Positions 53,040-64,000 of a DNA stretch of 64,000 bases are shown in pieces. The stretch covers positions 496,001-560,000 of the forward strand of contig NC_089430.1 in assembly GCF_026210795.1 (NCBI RefSeq), given 5' to 3'. The first letter of the stretch is position 1. Each line of letters starts with the position of its first letter. A program made the position numbers and the translations under genes. This DNA is from Rhizophagus irregularis (taxonomy: Eukaryota). The notes under the pieces are model-generated. The model was not told the origin of the DNA and did not search any database. It saw only the letters and a list, made by a program, of their open reading frames with translations.

Positions 53040-53798
53040 TTTTAATATTATGTTAAGTTTGTAATTTAAATAATTCTTTTTTATATGGCTTATCCAAATA
53101 TTTAAATATATATATTCTTTTTTTTTTTACTTAGAATTATTTAAACACTGTTGTTAGAGTAATGAATATTTTACAAAATTCTTAGTTTGTAATTTAAATA
53201 AATCTTGATTTTTCTTAACTAATCCAATTATTAAATATAAATTATCAAAATGATGTATGTAGTATAAAACCATCTCCAATTTGAGAAATCAAAATAAAAT
53301 AATGTGAAATTTTTTATATTCATCTTCAAGACGGTGCTGATAATATTAAAGTAATTAAAACTTCATTAGCTTCATAATTTCTAAATTAAATAAAAGCTTT
53401 TCTTGATAATGACAGATTGTTAACATAAAAATCTCATAGGTTAATTCCATGAGTTGATTTGTATATACATATTTTTTTTTGTGTAGTCACCATAAATATT
53501 TAATATATCCGTAATAAGAAATTGGAAAAATATATTTATTAATACATTTATTAATAAAGAATTGTTATGACTTAGGAGAATCAGTTAAATCAAAAAAATT
53601 TTTTTATGATAATAAATAAATATTTCATTATAAAAAAAAATTTTTTTTATTTTTCTTTTTATTTTTTTTTTTTGAGGAAAAGTAGAATACCTTTTAGTAT
53701 TTTATGAAAAGAAGAAGTTTTTTAAACATTTATAAATTAATTTATTTTAAAAATAATAAGAAAAATTAAATAATAAGGAAATAAAGATTAGAGTAAGG

Positions 53799-53930
53799 TA
53801 GGGTTGGGTTAGTCCGGTCTGGTCCAGTCCCAAAAGACCGTTTTTCAACCTGGACCGGACTGGACCGATTTAAATTTAAGAAATTTGTCCCCATGATTTT
53901 AAGACCTCTAAATTACGCAACGTTTTTTTG
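53799..53930 (-). mobile_element. Solo end of the 42233-42933 hAT MITE family
   Basis: Reverse complement of ~42780-42933; no partner TIR seen. Confidence 0.8.
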
Positions 53931-55242
53931 CAAGTAGTAAAATGATTTAACGTAGTAAAATATATGTTTATGACTAAAGTACTTTACGTTGGTTATTTTA
54001 CTTAAATATAACATAATTTCAAAGTGAGTAAATAAATTTATATTTAACTTTACCAATAACCAAAATTGGGCGATTATTCAATTATTGCAAAAAGAAACTC
54101 GTCAAAATCAAATCTACAAACTTAATCTTTACTGTTAATCTGACAGTGTGCCGGTGTCTAATATACTGTACAAAAATTATTCTTTTGAATATCATTTTTA
54201 TTTAAATTCAGTAAGTCAAAAATGTATTTTGCAGCAACATCGGTAGAATAATGTGTTGGTTACATGATACTGGTATATCTATTAGCAATAAATTTAGATT
54301 ACTGAATTGCGTGATGCGCCTGATTTATTCCGTATTATATAATCATTTCGAATCAGAATAAAAGAATAAAACAAAATTACTATCGTGGTCATGTGCACGT
54401 GCCGATGAGCGAGACTTTGTGGCTAATTTTTTTTTTGCTAGTGAGATTAATTTGTCTTTGTCTTATTAGGCATATTTCATTTCGACCATTCCAATTTTTT
54501 TTTTAAAATTAATTAATTCTTTTCAATACTGAAAAAAAATATTTTTATTCGATTTTTTTTCAAAGCTAAAAAAAAAAAATGATTTTTTTTAACTAGTTTT
54601 TTTCAATACTATAAAATTTTTTTTTCTTTTCAATATCGAAAAAATTTTTTCAATTGGTTTAAATTTTTAATAATAGTAATTAATTTCGTTGTTATCATCA
54701 ATTAATCAATTATGAATATGAAATTAAATATGATTAAATACAATTTCTATCAAATCATCATGTGTTAAATATCATATGACAAAGGAAAGATAAATTTCTT
54801 GATGAGTGCAATACCAATGGGACTGTAAATCAGTTTTAATCTTCCAGAGGATGATAATTAATATTAAAATACTTAATGCATTAAGTGAAAAGTATGTATA
54901 TATATTTACAGTATTTACAATGGATCTTAAAAATATAATTTCAATTGTCTTTTGCTCTTTTGCGGTCATAGAATAATTTTTTGATTTGAGACTATTTAGT
55001 GATGAAATACTGTATAGGAATTATTTCATAAAATGCGAGCAAGGAAAGAGATGCGCGTTGAATACAAATTGCACCTATACTATTCATGAAATTATTCATG
55101 ACATTTTTCTTTGGACCACAATCTTTTTGAAGCGTTTTGGTGATATTAGATTACCCTGTATATATTAATTTGAATTGTGAAACGTGTAGCACATTCTCAA
55201 ATCATTAGATTCGTATCACGAGTGTTGATCATTTTATATCAC

Positions 55243-57828
55243 AGTTATTGAAGAAACTCTTTCCCGTTCACATTAAATTTACATAGTATGGCGCAGTAGT
55301 GAAACTCCATAAACATTTTTGTCAAAGGAACACCGCTTAAAACTTTAAACAAGTGTTATCGACACTCCGCTTACCTGAATGATGGGCTGCTGCTTATTCG
55401 CCTTTAGTTTCTGTTGTTGCTTCGATTTATGATTCTTTATTGGATCTTCCCTAAAAGAATAATACGAACCCGGGACAAAGTTTTTATTAGATACACCAAA
55501 ATTTTATTTTATTATATACACTTTGGGATACATAAAGAGTTTTTTTATTCTCTTCTTTACACTGCCATATTATTATCTTATAGCAAACTCACAACTATTT
55601 ACATACTTTTATTACACTCTTTAATAATATTATTATGTCTTTTTCTAAACCCGTCACATATTCTCCTTCAAAAAACTCCTTCCTGGTCTCCCTGAAAAAT
55701 TCTACGTGACGAAACCTAATAGATCTGGTTATAACAAAAAAAGTTTGTTATTCTTCACGTTCGGTGAACCTCGTTGGTTTATATTGTGATACGTTCTAGT
55801 AACTTCGATCTAATCATGTCGTAATATTTACTCTGTATTCGTCGTGGGATAGCTGTTTGTAGGGAAAAAAATGCGAGAGCATTTTGCTGATTTGGTATTT
55901 GGTGTTAGGTAATTTACTCGTGGAATAGGTGTAGTGTTCATATAATCGTTTGTGGTAGATCTTCAAATGGATTTCATTTGTGTTTTTTGAGGGATCTGCT
56001 AATTCAAAAAAGAAAGATTTGGAATATATACCCTTGTAAGTTGTAACACTGTAGATATCGACCCTAAAAAACTAGTTAGTTTTACTCCTCCTTTTATCAT
56101 GACGTATAGGAGGCGTAAATGCGTCAACCATCAGAAAAACTCTAATATTTTTGAAAATTTTAAACCAAAGAAAAAAAAACAGTGGAAACCGCCTACTTCG
56201 AATTCTCTGAAAATAATAAAAATACACACGCTGACCTTCTATATCACTGATGGTTAAATGAACCTGTCAAGACAGTATATTCTCGTCGTCTTGGTATTTC
56301 CTACAAGACCAAAATCCAAGCTAGTAGAAAAAATTTTTTTACCGATCACCAAAAACGCTGTATAGGAAAGATTTGAAGAATTTCGTCAAGATTATAGTCC
56401 AAAACCTCGTACTGCTGGGAAACAACGTGCTCGTTTCGAAACACTGTAGGAGAATTTTTTCTTCTCCACATATATAGTCACCAATCCGGATTTGATGGAT
56501 GTAGAATACAAACTTCATGCTGCTAAGCAACACCGATTTTTATTTTTGAAATCACAAGGTTTTAATAAACCTATAACTCATCTTAAATACAAAAAGAAAA
56601 AAGATTTTGCTTATACCGATGATTACAAATACAAAATTCCGATCACGTCCTTTTTAAGAACAAACCCCGTTAGCGATGCAATTTGTGAAACACCTTCCAC
56701 TTCTTCGACTATCAAAACTCAAACTAACGATCAATCTACACCAACAGACACTCCACTAGTCTTTACTGGCAAAGCTACAGATTATTATACCTCCGATGGA
56801 GAGTACGCTCAGCGAAATCTCGACAACGTTTTAATCGACGACAAAGGACTAAAGAACCACGCTTCTTTTTATTTGATAAAAATCCTGCGCCTACTGAGAA
56901 TAACAAGTATTATTATACCCCCTAAAATTACAACGGAATATGATGATAACGATATTCCTTAATACTTACGAGCTTTTATACCTGTTGATGGTAAGGTTTA
57001 CTCTACTGATCGTAACAACAACCGGACTCTTCTAGATAAAGGAAGCAAAGAATGGTACGCCGAGTTAACTAGAAGAGAATCCTCTAATATTAACAAAGTT
57101 CAACAAACAAACTCACTCGGCACCTCTGTTAAGAAACTAGATCAAGAACGCATCAATGTATCACGTGACTCCAACGAACATCATGTTTACCTTTTAACTT
57201 CATATTTTACAAAACGAAAAAAAGCAACAACCGACTCTGACAAATTAAAAGAGCTTAACTCACAATATGAAGAGTTTCAATTAGCACATCCCATTCTATT
57301 CAACACAAAGGATGCTCAAAACAACGACGCTTCGACGTCTCTTTAAGAAACAAAAAATGGATATTTCCCATGAAGTTCCGTCTGATCCTTTCTCTGGCTC
57401 TACAGTCGGGACGAATCTCAATTAATAACACTTGGATTAACTGCCGATATATATATTTTTTACTCTAGTAGTTTTATTACCCTTATATATATAATTTTAC
57501 TACATCATTTAAACTTCAATTTAGAATAGTTTGAAACATTCCACTTCTTACAGTATTTACAAGTGGTGACATTTGTGTCGAAAGCAAAGTACGAATCCTT
57601 CATTTTTTTTGTAGGTTTGATTTTCTTAGGTTTTTCTTTTTTTTTCTAAATTTTAGCAGTAGCGTAGTTCTCCTGTTGAAATAGTTTAGGGTGAGGTCCT
57701 GCTTAGCCATGAGATTCGACGTTCCAATTACCTGAATAGTCTCTGTTTTTTTTTCATGTACATATGCTGTTAATGTAATAGAAATCGATTACTACTCTTC
57801 TTGAAATAAAATAAATAAATAAATAAAT
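55243..57828 (+). mobile_element. Second, degenerate copy of the (AAAT)n-tailed ORF retroelement, with internal inversion
   Basis: Homologous peptides KNSFLVSL.FYVTKPNRSGYNK, SRRLGISY and AAKQHRFLFLKSQ; same 3' UTR motifs and tail; absent at the paralogous site near 41490. Confidence 0.8.
57541..57800 (+). ncRNA. Candidate structured cis-RNA in retroelement 3' UTR, copy 2
   Basis: ccactt/aagtgg crossed by gtattt/aagtac; gaca-tttg-tgtc hairpin; terminal gtaat/attac hairpin. Confidence 0.6.
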
Positions 57829-59588
57829 ATGGTTCAAGTCCATTGACTGCTAGCCAATACCTAAAATTATAGAATTCTTAGTCCACTGTACTATACGGTA
57901 CACAATTAAATCGGTTCAGAATTATAAAATAAAAGCAACTCCAATTTCGCCCAATGAAGTTGCTTTAATTTTTCTTTTATATTTATACGTGGCAAGAATA
58001 CAAAGTAAAAAACTAAATTTTTTAGTAAATTATAATATTTTAACAGTTTTTATAATCATCGCATGAACAAATCTTGTGTTTGGACATCTGCTGTCATACA
58101 ATTTATCCTTTTATGATGATTTACATTATTCTTCCAATTAAAATTCATAGATGGTCGTTCTCAAAGGAACTTAATAATTCTAAAATTATCATTTCATAAA
58201 CATAACTGTAAAATTTGAAACAAAAGGATGCAATTATTTTACTCTAATAGTTCTTCTTTGAGGGATAATAAAATGATAGCAAATTGCGTATTAGGTGGAT
58301 GGTGCAGCAATTTTACCTTGTGTCAAGTATACTTCGACAAAATTATTTACACAAAGTAAAATTACTGTTTCCGTAAAATTATAAATTTATTATGAAAAAA
58401 AATAAAATATAAAAAAAATTTCAAATACGTATGTACTACCTAACAATGGTGTGAGAATACAATAATGAAGAAATGTTCCGAAAAAAATTCTCAGGCTTGA
58501 ATTAAATTTTGTGATTGCTATAGCTAACGAATTTAAAAAAAAACGAACAAAACGAATGAAACGTCGAATCAAGTACTATTCTAAACCGTTTACAGTATAA
58601 CGACTTAATCGCTACGCCACAAATTTAGATTTAGACCATGTTAATATCTATTTGGTCTTACGTAGATACACATATAATGCATTACATATAACACGCACAC
58701 ATCGATTTCGCTCATAAAAAAACTATGCCCGATTCGTTCGATCGTTTGTTATTAACAAAAAAATTTGACCAATTATCGTGACTTTGACCGGTTCGTTCGG
58801 TCCGAATACATTAGTTGTTAACATCCATTTGTTATTAGCAAAAAAATTTCGCCCGATTATCGTGACTATGACCGATTCGTTCGGTCCGATTACATTGTTA
58901 ACATCCGTTTGTTATTAACAAAAAAATTTCTTGAAATGAAATTACGATGCTTTCGTTGACAAGAAATTAGTTTGATATTTATAATTGATTCATGTAACAC
59001 CAAGAAATTTTCTTTCTAGAAAAAACTTAAATTGAACAATTTCTTCATGGAATTTGATTGTTCATTAACTTTATATAGTCTCGAATTTTCAATCAGAAAT
59101 TCTTAGAGTTCCTTTTTTAAAATAAAAAGAATTTTTTTTTTATTACAATATTATATAGAATCGTTTTTATGTTGAATAAATTATTTATTCGGAGCAAAGC
59201 GGAGGACTATTTATGGATGTAATGGAATAAAATTTTATTCTCTTGATTAACGTTCTTTCAAACATTTCTTTTTGAATTACTTATATCACTTAATGGCATA
59301 AAGCCTTTTTCTGAATTGTATGAAATAATTTTGCTTTGTAAATTTTCCATTTCTGGCACTTAACCGATTTGCAAACGTGGATTCGTGCACATATATATGC
59401 ACTAACACGTGAGTGTCGTGACACATCTACTGTACTATTGCGTATGTAAAAAATTGTTTAAATACCAATTGCAGTCATATGCAATTTTTGTGGCTTAAAA
59501 ACTTGTCGCAACACGATGAAGAATTTCCTTTTTTTTAAATAATAATAATAAATCTTCATTATTTACTAAAATTTTTAAGTATAATATA

Positions 59589-60410
59589 ATGAAACTTACA
59601 AATAAAAATAATTTTGACCGGTTTTTAACCCAACGCCAAAATTAAAATTAAGCTCTGTACAGATAATTAAAAACTTAGATGTAATAATTGTGGAGGTACA
59701 GTATATTCTGCCACAAATTTATATAAGCAGAAATATTGCAAACAACGTTTATTGTATATTTAAAATATAGCGGGCAATAACATATCATATGTATGAAAAA
59801 GGATTGTAAATTATACGGAAAATTAATTGATAATATTTCTTTTAGGTAATATAATCGAAGCAAATTGGTCCCGAGTTTACTTGAAAACAACATCCCAGCC
59901 TCTAGCAACATTTTCGAAATAATGTAGGTATCTTATTTATTTTTATACACATATTTTTTTTTAACGAGATTGATCATTAGTGTTTTATTTTAAATAGTGT
60001 AAAAATTAAATTATTAATGAAATTTGTTTCTAATTTTCTATAGTATGATACACTTCTATGTAAATATATTATTACAGATAAAAATTAATTATTGAAAATT
60101 TATTAACGTTAATAAATTTACCCATATTAAATAAACTTAGGTCAACTATTTTTAACCTTTAAGGACATTTTCTGATGTTGTATCATTATTTAAAAGATTT
60201 TTCTTTTATCTTATAGGATATATTTCAAAAGATTTAGATTTTAATATAGACACAAATACTCAAAGGTTTAATATAATTTAAAAATCAAATACATATATAT
60301 ATTCTTATATTACTTGTTAATAATAATATAATAATAATGACATACTGTATTATTAATATTTAGATTACCTACAAAGGATCCAATTGCAATTTATATTTCA
60401 AATTATAGTT
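59589..60410 (+). pseudogene. Internally deleted Cys-rich kinase paralog retaining tail micro-exons
   Basis: Same deletion junction as the 45339 copy; exon gatatatttcaaaagatttagat...actcaaag near 60217-60265. Confidence 0.8.
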
Positions 60411-61189
60411 AGTAAATTATTAAAATTACATATAGTTTATTAGTTTATTTATGATAACTTTTTATGTAAAAAATAAAAAATATGAAAATGTAGTATTTAA
60501 TAAATGTTATATATAAATTTTTTAACTTATATTATATTTCTAATAATCCAAATTAATAGTTTTAGTTTTCAAACTAGGTATCCGTAAACTTTTGATATTT
60601 TGTCTTGTTCTATATATATGATCAAATATGATATTTCCAAATAATTAAGTAAATGATATTTACAAAGAATAATTTTATATTTAAAATTAAATAATAATTA
60701 TTACAATAATAAAATACATAAATACATAATAAAATTTCTATTCATTAATTTAATAATTACTAATCATTTGTTCATCTGGAACATATGTTTGCTTGAGTAA
60801 ATGAAATTAAAGTAATTTCCTAAAACATATATAACTTTATATTGTGGCATTATGAACTTAAATATAAATTATGGAAAATTATATTGCGTAAGTTTTATGA
60901 TGAAAGTTAGTATGGAGAATAAATATCGTTAAATTTATAAATAAAAAAGTTTAACGAGTTTATTCAAACCTGATTAAACTAAGTTTCAAAACTAGTAAAT
61001 TAGCTGGTTTTAGACTAACTATATCGGTTAAGCTCAAACTAGGGTAAAATCTGATTTATAACATAGTCTAGTTTACTAAGCTAAAACGCACTAGACCAAT
61101 TTAAAGCATAGTTTGTACAAACTACAAAGGGAAAAAATAAAACAAACGTATTTTTCAAACTAATGACCAATGCTACTACTGTATTTCGC

Positions 61190-61400
61190 AAAATTCCAGC
61201 AATTACTGTATGTATCACAAGGTGAATTATCTCAGCTCATTCAAAATTTTAATAAAATGAGTACGGAAGAAATTAATACTACATCATTATCAAATGAATC
61301 ACAAAAGGATTTGTTATTATCTCTCATGAAAATATTTGTGAAAGGGCATCTTTTATAACTTGAACGAAACGATCCAAATAATCGATACTGTATATATTGT
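61190..61400 (+). pseudogene. Possible fragment of a kinase/Sel1-repeat gene linker
   Basis: SQGELSQLIQNFNKMSTEEI resembles a linker I recall from glomeromycete kinase-Sel1 proteins; no flanking domains. Confidence 0.35.
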
Positions 61401-61530
61401 AAATTGAAACAAAGAAATTACGCGTTAAGATTTATTAAAAAAAAATTGAATAGTTTATAAAAATTTAAACATTTGCTTACATAAATAAAGTAAAGAAGAA
61501 TTTAAATATTTAGATATTTAGTAATTTTAA

Positions 61531-63453
61531 GGGTTTTGTTTTTTATCGCACCCGCGATATGATGTCGCAGGGGTCATGCCACCGAATTTTATTGGTGGAA
61601 ATTTGTGCCATGATCTGCGGCGCAAAACGTGACGCGCGATTTTTAAATATTTTTTTTTTCCTAGATTTGGCTTCCCTGAAGAAATGTTTTCTTTGTTTAT
61701 TTTTGGGAACACGAGTGGATTAATGGGGATTTGAAGCTTCGTACTCGTAAGTACTTGTTAGTTTTTTTGTTTCTTTTTGTTACTTTTGTGTTCTGGGAAT
61801 GCTACCAGTGTTCCTTTTCCTTTCTCTTTTTTAGGACAGGTTCATGAAAAGATATCAACTTTGGACTTTGGAGTCATGATTCGGTAAGTTTTTTGCGATT
61901 TTTTTTCATTTTTTGTGATATAAGAACGCTACTAAGTACTAACGTTCCTTTTCCTTCCTTTATTTTAAGACAGGCTCGTATATTTCGGACTTTGGTATTT
62001 TGCAAGGTAGATTCGGGCGGGTAAGTGTTTCTTTAGTGAAATATACTTCAAGAAACGCATAACTAACGTTTCTTTCTATTATTTTTGTAGGTTCGGCTTT
62101 TATGAAGTGGATATTTGGGCGGGTAAGTGCTTCTTTAGTGAATTAGACTTCAAGAAACGTTTAACTCACGTATCTTTCTGTTATTTTTGTAGGGTTTGGC
62201 ATCCTGGAATAGTATTTCATTATGGCAAGTAATTACCTTGGGAAAAGTTTCGCCATCCAACTTTAGAAACATGCTACGGTCCTCTTTTTAATTTATGTAG
62301 GTTTCGGCTTCTATGGAAGGGAATTTTGAGAAGTACTCTCTTTGAAATGGATTTGAAATAAACTTCAAGAAACGCATATCTAACGTTTCTTTTTTTTGAT
62401 TTTTCTTTTCTGACTATTCTAGGATATGTTAAGTATATACATCATAAGAATTATGATATTACTAATAGTTGTTTGTTGGAATTGAACCAACTGGAACAAT
62501 GTTCCAAACCATTAACAACAAGTAAAAATATTGAATAGTATAGGAATTTAGATAGAATTATGTAATATGATGTAATGTATGCATAGTTCCTTATATGTAC
62601 TAAATAAATAATAACCTTATAATAAAATAAAGGCTTAAATGATTATCTGGTTGCTACCCGATTCTTTCACTAAATATAGTTTACTGATGTTGTCCTACAA
62701 GATTATGCGCCCAATCGGAAATATATAACAGAATCAATAAAGAATCGGAAAATAATCAGGATTCCGATCTTTTACTAATGTCATTATTCGCGAAACCTAC
62801 AAATCAAAAAAAAGAAACGTTAGTTATGCATTTCTTGAAGTATATTTCACTAAAGAAACACTTACCCGTCTGAATATCCACTTCATAAAAGCCGAACCTA
62901 CAAAAATAATAGAAAGAAACGTTAGTTATGCGTTTCTTGAAGTATATTTCACTAAAGAAACACTTACCCGCCCGAATCTACCTTGCAAAATACCAAAGTC
63001 CGAAATATGTGAGCCTGTCCTAAAATAAAGGAAGGAAAAGGAACGTTAGTACTTAGTAGGGTTATTACATCACAAAAAATGAAAAAAAAATCACAAAAAA
63101 CTTACCGAATCATGACTTCAAAGTCCAAAGCTAAAATCTTTTCATGAACCTGTCCTAAAAAAGAGAAAGGAAAAGGAACGCTTGTAGCGTTCCCAGATTA
63201 CAAAAGTAACAAAAAGTAACAAAAAAACCAACAAGTACTTACAAGTACGAAGCCTCAAATCCCCATTATTCCACTCGTGTTCCCAAAAATAAACAAAGAA
63301 ACATTTCTTCAGGAAGCCAGATCTAGGAAAAAAAAATTTTTTAAAATCGCGCGTCACGTTTTGCGCCGCAGATCATGGCGCAAATTTTCCACCAATAAAA
63401 TTTGGTGGCGTGACCCCTGCGACACATCGCGGGTGCGATAAAAAACAAAACCC
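61531..63453. mobile_element. Non-autonomous MULE with ~600-bp TIRs
   Basis: gggttttgttttttatcgcacccgcgat / atcgcgggtgcgataaaaaacaaaaccc; perfect 9-bp TSD taattttaa (61522-61530, 63454-63462); no transposase ORF. Confidence 0.92.
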
Positions 63454-63669
63454 TAATTTTAATTATAATAATTGTTCATTAATAATATTGGCAAAATATA
63501 AATAGTATAAATATAAATATAAATTAATGACACAATATTAAATAAATATTTAATAATTTGTATCATACAATATCTAACGCTAATAATAGAAAATGTAATT
63601 ATTAGACAGATTCATTAAAAAAAAGTACAAATAACAAAATAAATAAACTCACAATTATACACTGACACT

Positions 63670-63885
63670 CCCTATAAAAAAATTGGATACGTTTTTTATA
63701 AAGTTTTTATACGATTTTTTTCCTTAGAAATAACGTATCATAATAGGATACGGAAAATGCACAATTCCGTATCACTAAAAATATGGTTTGGATACGGAAT
63801 TTGCACGGAATTCATATAGAATTTACATGATTTGGTCACTGATTTTATCACGAAATTTATACGATTTGGTCACTGAATTTACTAT
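63670..63885. repeat. Dispersed repeat, inverted relative to 19181-19410
   Basis: Starts ccctataaaaaaattggatacg; reverse complement of the 19181-19410 block. Confidence 0.75.
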
Positions 63886-64000
63886 TTGTATTACAGTTTA
63901 CCATAATTATATTTACATTAATCTAATTTTACTTTATTAAATTAAAAAATAAACAAAATACAAATACATTATGAAAATTCCCTCCTTAATCCTTATTAAA

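Larger units (their letters stand above)
53932..60410 (+). repeat. Segmental duplicate of 35741-36125 + 39430-45730
   Basis: Colinear shared intergenic blocks (aagtagtaaaatgatttaacgtag, gccgatgagc, gagtgttgatcattttatatcac, gtccattgactgctag) with different TE insertions. Confidence 0.85.

Noticed and set aside
60957..61127. Possible small MITE with aaactag repeats
   Set aside because: Termini only weakly inverted and no TSD found.
19181..63885. Inverted repeats 44 kb apart as TIRs of a giant transposon
   Set aside because: The apparent termini (acagg at ~19409, ccctat at 63670) lie on the inner side of each copy, so they do not enclose the interval; no shared TSD seen.

Overview
AT-rich eukaryotic DNA with short GT-AG introns and several TKL-type kinases. 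It is most consistent with a Glomeromycota (Rhizophagus-like arbuscular mycorrhizal) fungal genome; this is inferred, not searched. Intact genes: an intronless MYND-finger protein; a divergent di-ubiquitin-like gene head-to-head (184 bp) with a minimal RBR E3 ligase; two paralogous Cys-rich TKL kinases with micro-exon tails; a ~1201-aa kinase with five extra N-lobe-only repeats; a MACPF-like protein head-to-head with a TRP-like channel. The window holds about five copies of a kinase-containing segment (two intact, three decayed). It also holds many non-autonomous DNA transposons with readable TIRs/TSDs, including a 3-kb foldback element. Two copies of an RT-less, (AAAT)n-tailed retroelement carry an unknown ~718-aa ORF and a 3' pseudoknot with compensatory base changes. 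The most novel-looking candidates are the UBL-RBR pair, the pseudoknot retroelement and the half-kinase array. All calls are from reading by eye; no database searches were run.
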